The position numbers and the translations under genes are program-made. This document shows positions 13,401-26,333 of a stretch of 64,000 nt of DNA, piece by piece (the stretch's first letter is position 1; every line of letters starts with the position of its first letter). This stretch comes from Adineta vaga (lineage: Eukaryota; Animalia; Rotifera). The stretch covers positions 9,982,001 through 10,046,000 of the forward strand of contig CP075496.1 of NCBI GenBank assembly GCA_021613535.1, read 5' to 3'. Under the pieces are notes generated by a model. That model searched no databases and was not told the origin of the DNA. It saw nothing but the letters and a program-made list of their open reading frames with translations.

Positions 13401-15137
13401 TGAATCGTTGTACATCGAGTGGAAGTTCGGTTTATTTAACAATTTCATCTTATTTAGAAATTGAAAATTCTTTTCAACCAGCAATTGTAACGAAAGATCT
13501 TTGTCTTGTTTTGTATCCTCGTGGAGGAGATTCAACATCACGTATACGTTCATCATTGAAAAACTTTTTCATGGCAACAAATTCGACATTATCATCAATG
13601 ACAGAATCACTGAATGAACATGCAAATCGTGTATCAGCTGTGTATGAAATAAAATTACGACGAGCAACACCAATGAATGCAGCTATACAAGATCCATCAG
13701 CTGTTAGTCCAGGTCTTCAACGTCGACAACGAAAAATCGTTGATACATCAAAAATTTATGTACGTGGTGAAGAAATGCTAGAAGGTTGGAGACCAAGAAG
13801 TGATTCGTTGATTCTTGAACATCAAGAAGATTTAGAAAAATTATTTAAAATCGAATGTGTAGGTTTTCTTATCTCCTTAATAAATCAATCATGACTCGAA
13901 TTCTTTATTCTTAGGTTGAATATACCAAACATTTTCTACTTGTAAAAAATCGACTAGATAATCCATTAACATCACCCAGTGATAATTCACCTGATAAACT
14001 GAAATATGCATTACAACCAATTGATCCATCAAAAGCACTCGATGAACGTCAACAAAATTTAGTGCGTCGATGTGCATCAATGATGATACCACCATCTCCA
14101 ATTCTCACAAAATTATCTGTACCAGAAATTGAGGTAATTGACTTATTTTGAAATCAAAATTGTCTATATCAGTTCAATAGGTTACGACGGATCGTTTAAC
14201 ATCAGAAGACTTTAAAACAGTTCATTCATTATTAAAATCAACATCAACTTATTCATTTGGCACACAACAACCGTTAATGAATACAGCACATATGATCAAT
14301 TCATTTATCAAAGCATCATCGAGTAGTTCTGATCTTTCTAGGTAAAATAAGAATTCAATATAAACATCGTGACTAGAAATCCTACTAGTTCTTTCATATT
14401 TTTCAAAAAGAAAAAAAAATTGTATTTGTTATTACCTATCAATATTCTTCTCATAGATTTACACATCTTGATCCATCTTATTCCATATCTTCTTTACATC
14501 AAATCAACAATATGACTGGTTCAATATCACCTAGTATACCAAAATCTCGTTCAATGGAAAGCCTTATGAATACATCTGGCATTGCATTAAAATATATAAC
14601 ATCCATTGAAGAAGTTCGCATCTCACCTGTAGTATCTCGACGTGGATATTTAAATTTCTTAGAAGAAAAAGGCACTGGTTGGGTAAAAAAATTTGTGGTA
14701 GGTTTCTTGATCTATACATTCATACAAATGACTTCTATTTTCATATGAAAAGGTTGTTCGACGTCCATTTGCATTTATTTATAATCACGAAAAAGATCCG
14801 GTAGAGCGTGCATTGATTAATCTTGGTACAGCTCGTATTGAATTCAATGATGAAGATATAGCAAATGGAACAAGAGTATGAAATTGAATTGAATAATATC
14901 GATGTAAACTATTTTATTTAGAGTGCACGTAATACATTCTCTGTTGTGTCCAAATATCGTGGTTTTCTTATTCAACCATTATTCGAAAAAGATGTTCATG
15001 ATTGGCTTTATGCATTTAATCCTTTACTTGCGGGGCAAATCAAGTATAAGAATAACTTTTAAATTTAATAATTTAAAATTTTCTTTCGTTTCATAATTAG
15101 ATCTCGTTCATCAGGTCGACCAAAACCTCTGGATTGA
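7448..15137 (+). CDS. unc-104: Kinesin-3 motor, unc-104/KIF1A/KIF1B ortholog (about 20 exons)
   Basis: Starts [14 protein letters not shown]. Contains P-loop GQTGAGKS, switch I NETSSRSH, switch II DLAGSER, FHA region ([16 protein letters not shown]; [14 protein letters not shown]), [28 protein letters not shown] and a C-terminal PH domain ([11 protein letters not shown]...[13 protein letters not shown]). Stop TGA at 15135-15137. Confidence 0.97.
11232..11426 (+). other. Putative alternative (duplicated) exon of unc-104
   Basis: AG/GT-bounded 195-nt phase 2-2 exon encoding [10 protein letters not shown]..., paralogous to the next exon 11565-11729 ([10 protein letters not shown]...). Confidence 0.7.
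11460..11495. repeat. (TA)n/(TACA)n microsatellite in an unc-104 intron
   Basis: tatatacatatacatatatatatatatatacat. Similar TA tracts occur near 15288, 20038 and 34555. Confidence 0.8.
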
Positions 15138-15789
15138 TTAAATTTGAGAGTTTATTACGCTCAAATGGTCAGATTAGCAACCAAATACTTCACGAAAGAT
15201 GATCTCATTTTCGCAATCATGTCGACGTGACTTCTTAATATTTTATTCTCAAAAATAACCACTGTTTTTCTCTTTCCATATCTAAATTATATATATATAT
15301 ATACAAAACAAAATCTCATTGATTCTAGTCGTTTTCTAAAAATATTAATCAAATTCTTTTTCGTTCCTTTTGTTTTCTTTTCATTGCTGACAATATATCG
15401 ATGCATATATTTTTTTCCATGGAGTTTTTCTTTGTGTCTTTCAGTGTTCGTTGTTCTGTTTCTTTCTCTCTATTCTTCGCCATATTATTTATTTTATGTC
15501 AATGTATATGTATGAAGATAAGTCAATGTATCTGTGTGAGTGTATGTATGTATTGCAATAACAGTGAGACATTTATGTGGTGTATGTAGTCAGTTTTATT
15601 TGAAAAGATAAAATATAATATCTACGTTCACAAATACAATTAAATCAAATGAGTATTCAAGAAAAAGAAAGAGAAATAATGAAATCTATTTCGTTAGTCA
15701 AATGTTAGATTGATAGTTGTAATTACTTAAAATTATAATTATCGAAAGATATTTATCTAATAAACTGATCAAATTTTAATTCACTTGTT

Positions 15790-16370
15790 ATGGAAAAAGA
15801 ATATGTATTTATTAATACACTATACCTATATTTCTTGTGTATTCTTTTACTGATTATGAACACTACTATTTTTGGATTCAATCTTAAACAACATGGACCT
15901 GAAACTATACAATCTTTTGTAATTGGTTATCCGCCTGGCTCAATTGTGTTTCGTAGTTTTGCATTATTTGTCACTTGTCGATATTCTGAAACAGGTTTAT
16001 TCGTAATTTCTTGAAGAATTTTATTGAGTGATATCAGTTATATTCATAAACAGCTCAACATATCTTTTAACCTTTTTAATTTGTTTGGTTCAGTGTTGTC
16101 TAACTGATTTTATCTGGAACTATATTTCTTCCGTTTATATTTATGACGATCCTACTTTCAATCGTACTAGATTATATTAATAAAGATGAAGCTGCGAGTA
16201 AGATTTTCACAACTGACCTGATAGTAATTCGTATCATGCTAATGATTATTTTCGTTGCTGATTTAATCTGTCAGGTGCACATTATTTCTACTACTGAAAA
16301 TAGACATTATCACACTGCGATGAGTGAACGTGCCTTTCAAAGCACGAAAAATTATTCCAAAGCTCTTTGA
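15790..16370 (+). pseudogene. Divergent or degenerate paralog of the adjacent small 4-TM membrane protein
   Basis: FALFVTCRYSETGLFV resembles FGIFVAYKYSIMGLRV of the 16689-17671 gene, and both are followed by a splice donor. No clean intact exon chain could be built. Confidence 0.45.
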
Positions 16371-16688
16371 TTTTTGAACAAAAGTAAAAGCAATAATCGT
16401 AAGCTTTGTCTTTCATATATAGGAAAGAATCCAACTAGAACATAACTAAGACTATACGGTCTTTATCTTTGTTGCGTCAAGAATATCATTATAATGTCAC
16501 TATGGATAGTTCAATATTTTATTTGGCAGAGCTTTTTATTTTTTACGGCTCAGAACATGCAATAGGAAATTTATTACACTATTAGTAAAAATATCCAATA
16601 AACCAATGATCGTAGATATAACAAAAACATTTTATAGAAATTTTTCATGTATACTTTAGATTAAAATAAGATATCGACTGTCAGAAAA

Positions 16689-17671
16689 CTAGATTTCTAT
16701 TGGTGTTTGATGATTGAAGGCTTGAATAGCTTTTGCCAACTTAAACGAAAATATGATAATGAAGACCTATAAAATAATCAAAATGGAATTACTGATAGAA
16801 TACGCATGTAAACTGTGTAGATCGCTTACACTTATGACAACACTAATAATTGCTCCAATAGCAATTGCTGAGACAACGAAACTCATAACACTGGTCATCG
16901 ACGTAGAAGTCTTATCATGATCATGACCATCAGTATGATTTAAATCATTTTTCACCTGAGTAATCATCACAATACCAACAACGGTAGCAATAACCGTATA
17001 AATAAGATGGATAATATTCAATCCAGCATACTAAAACAATTTGTATACTATTTAAATAAAACAGAATGAAAATAGAAGTCATCTTAAGAATATCTCTTCT
17101 ATTTTGTTAGTTTTCATTGAATATAAACAAGATTCTAAATATTAAATAGATCACTACTAGTTTGTACTTTTTCTGCTGCACATATTGAGGAGTTTCTAAA
17201 AAGTTATTACATTTGTCTTTCAAACAACAAGAGTTGCAATTTTTTCTCGATGTTCTGAGGAAAAAATGAAAAATACGTACTACACGTAAACCCATTATAG
17301 AGTATTTATAAGCAACGAATATGCCAAAACCATATAGCAAAATTATAATAAAAGTAAGGCCGAAGTACAAATTTGGATTTGTATCGAGTTTGTACGCTTG
17401 GTAATTGGACTTGAAAAGCTCCCGAGCCAAACCTATTATGGTTAAAGTCTAAAAATATTCAAAGATAATATTAATCAAAGCTCTATACATAATCGATGTG
17501 ATTAATGCCAGAAAAAGACTATAAACTTACCAAGCAAACAATAATTACTCCGATAAGTCTTTTTCGAGTTTGTTTGACTTGAGGATCATCTGTCAATAAT
17601 CGTTGATTGCGTACCGGAGCATAAGTAACATTGTTCGTATCGACATTTTTGATATTTGATGTAGACTGCAT
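16689..17671 (-). CDS. Small four-pass membrane protein (4 exons), unknown function
   Basis: Spliced reading MQSTSNIKNVDTNNVTYAPV...LIGVIIVCL|TLTIIGLARELFK...YKYSIMGLRV|YAGLNIIHLIY...IISVVIS|VFIIIFSFKLAKAIQAFNHQTPIEI*, with GT-AG boundaries. Confidence 0.7.
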
Positions 17672-18704
17672 GGTTTCAGTAGCACACGATGCGTTAGCTA
17701 TTTAGAAATCAAATGAAAAGTGGGTAAACAGAATTACTCTTTTTATAGTTAGAAGGAAATCATTATTCGTCTGGATGATGAGCTTTAAAGAAAAAAATAT
17801 ACAGCACATATAGGACATCTTATTTGCCGTCAACCAACACGTGGTAGTTTTAGATATTTTTGAAGGCGATGAGTCATATTGACGGGAAAAAGAGAACAAA
17901 ACAAAATTCCCAACTCGTTGAATGTAAATACAATATTTCTTTTTTCTACATACATTTTATTAAAATAACCAAGCATATACTCCAATAATACTATGTATAA
18001 TAAAGTAGTTCGACTCATTGTACAAGGAGGTAGTCCAAAATAATTTAGAAAGTACTTATAGAAAAATAAAATAATTTGTTGAGATATCTAAGAAGTAACG
18101 TGTAAGAATGTGACAGCGTATTTTTGAATCACTCCCCTTCATAATACTATGCATATAATCTTTGTTTTTCGGTTCGCATTTTCTTAAAAGCAAGAAAAAC
18201 TATAGGATATTCTCATTGTCTTACTAATTCTAAGAAGAAAAAAGGAAGCTACTACATCAAATATTTTCGAACAAATCGTGCAGTATGAAATCGAATTTAT
18301 AGTAGTTGTTTGCACATTATAAATCAATTCCGATAAAAGTAAATGACTCATCGATTTTTTAAATGCTTGAGATATATATTTTTTATTCGAATCGATTCCC
18401 TCTGTTTTACATATTACTTCATCTTGATGTTCCTCCAACTTGTTTTGTATGTAAATGCGCTTATAATAATTGAGAGTATGAAAATATACATGATAATTTC
18501 CAACAAAAAACAATGGTAAATTGTCATATGTAGAAATATGTGAGATTTATGTTTCTGAGTACTCTACGATCACTTCATCGAAAAAGAAGTATTTTCTATT
18601 GGATAGCTTAAGTATGTATTCAATTTTTCGAATATAAAATGATTTTTATTTATGCTGTCTACAAAATCTATTCGATTTATTCAAAAAAAACAGAAATGTT
18701 TATT

Positions 18705-19996
18705 TCAATTGTTTAATTTTTGACATGCTTTCTTCTTGTCTTGACTAAACTTTTCTAATTTTTTCCATACATCTGTATGTCGAAAATAAACTCCACGTAA
18801 ATGTCGAGGACCAGTAAATGCTTCTCTTGCATGTAACATTTTATAATTATCATAAAGAACGAAATCTCCACGTTCTAATTGTACTCGATATTGCGATTGA
18901 GTATCATATAAAATCGATGCATATTTACGATAAGCATTGTAATAGGCGACAGTTAACCAATATGGAAAATTAAATGGTGCAAGAGTAAAATAACTATGAC
19001 GAATTTGTTTTATTTCATCACCGTTAGTTTCGATGATTGGACCAATATGAATACTTTGAAAATCTTTTTGCTTTCGATGAAAATGAACAGGAATAGTAGT
19101 TAACATATAATAAGCATTAGGATCAATTTCACGTAGATAAAGTGCTGAATGAGCAGCATTGACTAACGAATTTGATCCGCCCGTATCTGCTCGACGAATA
19201 CATTGTAATAATTGCATACCTAGAAAGAATAAATTTTACAAAAGAAAAGAAAGATCATTAATTATAAAAACCTGGTGGATCAGCAATAAATGGTTGATCA
19301 GTATGTAAATTAATTGCTGCATCTGTATAACCTAATTGATCATTGTTTTTATTAGTTGTATTATCTGTACGTAGATCTTCAATACGACCAAAATGAGTTT
19401 CAACAACAGATGCACCACAAGGAAGAAAATCTTTTCTAAAAGAATTATTAATAAAACAATAGAAATCTTCGCAATTAGTTGACTTACATAATTTCTTCTG
19501 TATCTAAACCTCGTTGTCGAACAACAACTAATCCGAAGTTTTTCAATCGTTCATAACAATTTTTCAAATAAGTTTCATTTTGAGTTTTATCATAGATTAA
19601 TTCAATATCTGCAACTTTTACATTTGGTTTCTTTGCTTCAATTCGATTTTTTCCATAAGCATTCGCTAATAAAAATGCGACATCAAATAAACTCGAATAA
19701 TCTTTCGACCAAGTAACTTTTAACTTTCGTTCACTATCAATTAATTCGACATGTTCAGGTTCGATAGTCGAAGAAATTTCTGCACAATCAACAACCCGTT
19801 CGCCAGTTTTAGGATGTATTGATTTTCCAATTTCTGGACAATTATGTCGTAGCCAAATGTAATGATAATCCATTGTATCATTGTTATCGATCAATCGAAG
19901 ATGATCTTTTCGTTTTTCAACATGAAGAAAACGTTGTTGACCTTTAGATGGAATTGAATATTGTAGAAAACGAAGGACTGGTCGAACAGATTTCAT
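18705..19996 (-). CDS. TauD/TfdA-family Fe(II)/2-oxoglutarate dioxygenase, gamma-butyrobetaine/trimethyllysine hydroxylase-like (exons 19996-19488, 19435-19272, 19219-18705)
   Basis: N-terminal GBBH-like WLRHNC domain, HxD motif (LHTDQPF), LLQC...GG.NSLV and DNYKMLHAREAF.G.RHLRG. The basic N-terminus resembles a mitochondrial presequence. Confidence 0.9.
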
Positions 19997-20652
19997 TGTT
20001 GTTTTTCACGAATGAATATTATCTTTCGGTTTATTCTTTATATATATATATATATATATCGATTATGATTAATAATATAGGTGAAATCGATTTGTTTTTT
20101 CTTCTTTGCTTTGAAAGCGACATTCATGTTTTTATTTTTATTCTATATCCAAAGATCATAAACAATGCACTTTTGCTGATCGACCTTATAAACATCTGAT
20201 TGACCGAAGAAATCCTTTCTTTTTTTAAATGTTACTAGATGAAAAGATTTTTCATAATAGTCTTTACAAGAACAAAGATATGATATTTTTTCCCTGAGAT
20301 TATTTACACACGTGAGACAATCGTCCTTCATTCTTTCTTTCTTTTAATTATCTGTTTTTTGTATAAACAACATATTCTTCTAACCTTTTTCTTTTGTACA
20401 TAGTTTGCTTATCATTTACATTGAAGATGTAAAAGTACTGAAAAACAAAATCTTGATTTCTTCTTCAATGATATTTATGATGTATTTTTTTATTAAGACT
20501 TTATCATATTTCTTTTCTTTTGATGAAAACATTTAATGTCAAAAACAATTGATATACATGAAGAAATCACACAATATAACAGCAGCTGTATTTAATTAAA
20601 TGATATTTATACACTCGAAAACAAGTTTGGATTAGTACTTTTCAGTATTAGT

Positions 20653-21270
20653 TCAAATAATAATAACAACTAAAAAATTCTCGATGGTAACTATTGAACA
20701 TAGAATGGCGATGGTTGTGGCATATAAAAAAAGAATATTGATAAAATCAAGAGCTAATGATTCTTGTGCACGTTCAATCTTTGATTTAACACATAATACT
20801 GAAGTCACGGATTGATAAGTATAAAAGCTTGCATCTAGTACTGTACCTACAACATATGCGAAATAGTAACTTCTTATAAATAGAGTGTTGTTCAAATCGT
20901 TGTTTCGAATGTAATTGATTTAAATTTCGATATAATAAAGTGCCGAAAATACTTAGCATACAGATGGGAAAAAAACACGAATTAAAACTGGACGAACAAA
21001 GAATGCTGTATAAGTTGTTGCAATAAGATTCGTTGATGAACATGTTGATGACTTACCAAAATTGGCAGTCAATTCAGTTAGTAAAGGATTGAATAAGCCA
21101 TGAATACACGAAAATATGACAAGAAAACCGATATATAAACGACGCCAACTAATTTATCGACGTGTCGATAGAAAACAATTGATAGATGCTAAACAAGGAC
21201 ATGATTGGCAATCGAGAGAAGAATGACGTGTAGTACGAAGAAGATAGATTGTTAAAATATTACCGTCGAC
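20653..21270 (-). pseudogene. Frameshifted GPCR-like pseudogene
   Basis: Fragments in different frames (...CPCLASI.C.LST...; FFPICMLSIFGTLLYRNL; ...KSKIERAQESLAL..INILFLYATTI) resemble the 7TM family seen elsewhere in this window. Confidence 0.6.
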
Positions 21271-21632
21271 ATTGTTTTTGTAAATGAAGAATATTTAAAA
21301 ATTATACAAGTGGAAAAATCTTTCCCTTATATGGATAAAGTTGTCTTGGCGGCTCTACGAATGCATTCAAACTGATGATGTAACATGAGTTTTTCATTAT
21401 AATAAATATGCTTTCTCATTCTTCGTTTCAATTATTATAACACATTGTTGGAAATTATTCGAACTTAATCGTTCTATATGTTTCTCGAATCTATATGATG
21501 AAATGATGTTGATGATATTGTCGTGCTTTTTCGTTATCTTATCAGTATATTTACATGAATTGAAAATGACGAGTTAGAAAAAGAGATGAGAATTTTATGT
21601 TAGTTTATATATCTGTATTTGACTGGTGAGGT

Positions 21633-24600
21633 ATGGCTTCTCGATTTAGTGGAGGCACGAAAGATCAACTCGAGTATATCATATTGAATTCGATGGAAAA
21701 TATGTCTTTTTTTATTTTCAATTAGGATATTTGCTACTGTTGATAAGTCTGAAAAGCGATCAAAGAGACCTTTTATTATACTTGGAATTGTGATTGGAAT
21801 CTTTTTCATTTCTACAGTTGTTCTATCAGTAATATTAACATTGAAAAGCAAATCAACGTGTAAGAATAATCCATATGATCATTCGAAATATTGACGATAT
21901 AAATTCTAGTGCCCGATGAATTATGTGTTACACCATATTGTGTGAAAGCAGGTAGAACTGTCTTTGAAGATGTCATTCTTTTTATTATGTTTTGATTATT
22001 TAGCAAATTATTTAATTGAAAGTATTGATGAAACAATTGAACCATGTGAAGATTTTTATCATTTCGTTTGTGGAACTTGGATAAAAAATACACGAATACC
22101 AGATGATTGTATGAGAAATCTAATCAAACTATTATAACTCACTTTTTTTTTGTCTGTAATTATTTTTAGCTAATGTAGCAAATACATTCAATCTATTACG
22201 AACACAATTAGATTATAATGTAGTCGGTATGTGAAACTATTGAGAATCTTTGTTGAGAAACATGATTTCTTTGTAGATATATTGACACCATCATTAACGA
22301 ATGATACCAATGAACCAAATGCGATTATAAATGCTCGTAATTTATATCATTCATGTATTAATGAAGAAAAAATTGAAGATGAAGGTATTGATACAATACT
22401 TTCATTAATTAATACAGAATTTGGTGGTTGGCCAATCATTCAAAGTTCATCATGGAATAATTCAACATTTGATTTCTTCCAGCTTTTACTTAAATTACGT
22501 AAATATAATAATGATATCATATTTGGTATTGGTACATCGATTGATGACAAAAATTCGACAGAATATGATCTTGAAGTTAGTTCGTTGACTTTATCTTCGA
22601 AAATGAACGAAAACTAATTCTCATAGGTTGGTCAAAGTGATCTTGGTTTAGGTCAACGTCAATATTATATGAATGAATCGAAAATTACAATTGCATATCG
22701 TCGATTTATGTTTGACTTAGCAACAGCATTAACAAATGAAACAACATTGATTGAAAAAGATGTCAATGATATATATGAATTTGAAAAAGAAATAGCGAAA
22801 GTAATGAACAAAAAATAATTCGTCATTATTTTCTTTTCGGTTGAATAAATTCATTTTATATAGCATTTTTGGACAGCTGATGAACGACGCAATCGACCAA
22901 ATGCAAATATTCGTACGACAATTGGCAATCTTTCAAATATATTAAAAACTACTGTTAGTTTTCAATCGAATCTTTCTCTTCTTTCAATTTCTCTTCTTTT
23001 CCTAGTTCAATTTTACGAATTATATCCGTTCAGCTTATGCTTCTGCAAACGTAACAATACTTGCAGATGATGTTCTTCATATTGGTGAAATTGATTATTT
23101 ATATAATGTATCATCACTTGTCGATCAAACATCGTCACGTGTATTACAAAATTATGTTATCTGGCGATTTATGATGCATCGAATGGATAATTTACCGAAA
23201 CGATTTCGAAGTATTAAAGAAACATTCGATCATGTTTTTCGTGGAACGACAACGGAACGAGCACGAACAGTTATTTGCGGAAATTATGTCAATGGTAATA
23301 TGGGATTTGCTGTTTCAAAACTTTATATAAAGAAATATTTTGATGAACATGCTCGAATTCAAGTAAATGAAATATTCTTTCGTTGATTTTAAAGTTTTTT
23401 TTCTCTTTGTTTCGGTTTTAAGTCATATGACATGATTAGTAATATTCGAAAATCATTTATTGATATGCTTGAAGAATCAACGTGGATGGACGATGTTTCT
23501 AAAGGTCGAGCAAAAGAAAAAGTAGAATTTTGTTTCTAACAAACAAAAAAATGAGATGAAATGATATTGAATTCTTCTAGGCACTTGCTATTGATGAAAA
23601 AATTGGTTATCCAGATTATTTAGCTAGTGATAATGTTACTCAATTAGAAACTCAATATGCTGAAGTAAATCATAGTTTAATAGTTTTTGAATGATTAGTT
23701 GTATTGTTTTAGTATGTCTTTGGATCGTCATATCTGAACAATGTGTTAAAATTACTTCAAATAAAAACTCGAGAAGAATTTCAAATCCTTCGTAAACATG
23801 TAGATCGTAAAGCATGGGGATTTTCAGCACCGACTGTAGTTAATGCTTTTTATACACCATCAAAAAATCAAATTAGTATGTATTCTTATTTCTCGTCTCA
23901 ATTCATCTTTAGCCTTATAATCTTTAGCTTTCCCTGCTGGTATTCTACAAATGCCATTTTTTGATAAAGATGCTCCAAAGTAAATCATATTCTTTCTTTC
24001 ATTAATTATTAGCTGATTTTGTTTTTAGATATCTAAACTATGGTGGTAAGTATTCTGTGAATTTTTTTGATCTGTTTCATTCAAGAAACATATTGATCGT
24101 TTAGGTATTGGAGTTGTTATTGGTCATGAAATGACACATGGTTTTGATAATAATGGTCGTCAATTTGATAAAGATGGAAATCGAGTTCCGTGGTGGTCTA
24201 ATGAGACGATACAAAAATTTATCGAACGTAAATCATGTATCGTTGAACAATATAGTAATTATACCGTACCAAATCTAAATATTCATGTAGAAAATTCTTT
24301 TTCTCGATGCGCACTTTTCTGTACTGAACAAATATTTGTTTTTAGTTAAATGGGAATCAAACACAAGGTGAAGATATCGCTGATAATGGTGGACTACGAG
24401 AAGCCTTCTATGTACGTGTATAGAAAATCAAATTATTTTCTTTCTGACTGCTGTTATTAATGTTTTCATTTATAGGCTTATCAAAAGTTTACACAATCTA
24501 ATCCAGATGCTGATAAACGACTTCCAGGTCTTTCCAAATATTCGCCAACCCAAATGTTTTTCATTAATTATGCACATACATGGTGTACGAAAATGACTGA

Positions 24601-24808
24601 TTCATATGCTCTCAATCGTATTCTATCTGATGTACATAGTTTAGGACAATTTAGGTGATTTATTTATGACCTATAATATTGAAAACAAAATTTTTTTCTT
24701 TTATTTAGAGTCATCGGTCCGACATCGAATTTTGCTGAATTTGATCAAGCATTTAATTGTAAACCAGGACAAGGCAATAGTCGAGTGAAAAAATGTACTG
24801 TGTGGTAG
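21633..24808 (+). CDS. Neprilysin/endothelin-converting-enzyme-like M13 zinc metallopeptidase (type II membrane, about 17 exons)
   Basis: Short cytoplasmic N-terminus [14 protein letters not shown], then a TM anchor. Contains [26 protein letters not shown], zinc motif GHEMTHGFD and GEDIADNGG, and ends KCTVW*. Confidence 0.95.
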
Positions 24809-24950
24809 AAGAATATTTCTATTTTTATAACCAAATGTTCTGTCTCTTTTCGATAATAAATAAAAAGAAAAGAAATATCAGAAGTGATTATTCCCATAAT
24901 ACATCTTTTGATTTAAAGCCGATATCACTCGACACTTATTTTATTTTCAA

Positions 24951-26333
24951 ATGTTATTCATACTTTTTATTCTTTTCCTTTCTTCGAGAGCAAATTCAAT
25001 TTATTTCCAAGGAATTGAATTGCTTTCGGATGTAAACTATACTCAAGGTTTTAGTATTATTCCAGCTTGTCCTCCGACTCCTCAATGCAATACTGCACCA
25101 CGAAATCGTATATATAATCCGTTTTCTACAGTTACGAATGATAGTGCACCATGGCAAATGGTTCAATGGAATAGTCATTCGAATATATCATTGAATGGTA
25201 TTTATGTAAAAGATAATCGAAGTAGAGGTATGCAATGGTCTACCGACGATAAACGTTTTATTATTTTTCAAGATGGTCGTTTACAGATGTCAGTAAATGG
25301 TTATCATGAATATGAAGGCAAATACAAAGCACCCGATGCTCCATGGGTTCATCTTCTTATTCAACAAGATATCGGAATACCAGGTGGCGCTAAACCATTA
25401 AGTGATGTAACTGAATTAAGATGGAATTTAGATGTTCAACTTATATATATGGATCAACATATTCAACCTGGTTATGATCCAAGTTTACATGCTGGTATAT
25501 TTCCACTTTATATGACGATTCAAAATTTCATTTCCGGCGATCCAGATTATGGAAAATATTTTTGGTTAGGCATTGGTCTTTATGATGATCGTGTCCTAAT
25601 GAGTCCTTTATATGTTAATGGTGATAAAGGCACTGGTTCTTTAATATATTCACCAGCTTTTTCTAATTTTGCTAATGTATCTGTTCATTCACAACGCAGC
25701 GTTCATGTTACAGGTGATATGATACCATTTGTTCGATTAGGACTTCAAGCAGCTGTTGAACGTGGATTTCTACGGTCGACTGATCTAAGAAAATATCATG
25801 TTGGAGCAATGAATATTGGTTGGGAAGTAACTGGTCTGAATAATGGAACGATTGAAATAGGTAATTTTAGTTTAAAACAATATACGGCACAAAATCCGAA
25901 ATCTTACGAATTTAATCAAGATGGTAATCGAGAAGGTTGGCAACAAAAATCTCGTTTGAATCAAGATACAAATAGTCCAATAGATGGAAAATGGATTGTA
26001 TCATCAATAGATAATGATATTCAATTATGGAGTCCTGAACTTAGATTGGATTCTTCAATAGTAAAGAGAATAATTATTAATATGACAAATAATGGTGCAT
26101 TTAATAACTATTTTCAATTATTTTGGAGTGAAGATAAACGTGGATTATTTAATAAAAACGATAGTATTCATATCGAAATGATTAACAATGAAGAATGGAA
26201 AGAGTATGTTTTAGATTTATCCATGAATTCAAATTGGCATGGAATTATACGTCGACTTCGAATCAATTCTGTACACATGGGAAACAGTTCTCAATTCGGT
26301 ATCGATTACATTCGTTTTGCTGGTCATTCATAA
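24951..26333 (+). CDS. Secreted protein of probable bacterial origin with C-terminal carbohydrate-binding-like beta-sandwich
   Basis: Intronless 460 aa with a signal peptide. Trp/Gly-rich core (PWVHLLIQQ, YFWLGIGLYDDR, MNIGWEVTG) and C-terminal module (YEFNQDGNREGW...FQLFW...W.EY.LDL...W.G.I..LRI...IDYIRF). Confidence 0.6.
   Translation: MLFILFILFLSSRANSIYFQGIELLSDVNYTQGFSIIPACPPTPQCNTAPRNRIYNPFSTVTNDSAPWQMVQWNSHSNISLNGIYVKDNRSRGMQWSTDDKRFIIFQDGRLQMSVNGYHEYEGKYKAPDAPWVHLLIQQDIGIPGGAKPLSDVTELRWNLDVQLIYMDQHIQPGYDPSLHAGIFPLYMTIQNFISGDPDYGKYFWLGIGLYDDRVLMSPLYVNGDKGTGSLIYSPAFSNFANVSVHSQRSVHVTGDMIPFVRLGLQAAVERGFLRSTDLRKYHVGAMNIGWEVTGLNNGTIEIGNFSLKQYTAQNPKSYEFNQDGNREGWQQKSRLNQDTNSPIDGKWIVSSIDNDIQLWSPELRLDSSIVKRIIINMTNNGAFNNYFQLFWSEDKRGLFNKNDSIHIEMINNEEWKEYVLDLSMNSNWHGIIRRLRINSVHMGNSSQFGIDYIRFAGHS

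Noticed and set aside
21600-22093. Minus-strand ORFs of 83 and 93 aa
   Set aside because: They overlap the first neprilysin exons on the opposite strand.
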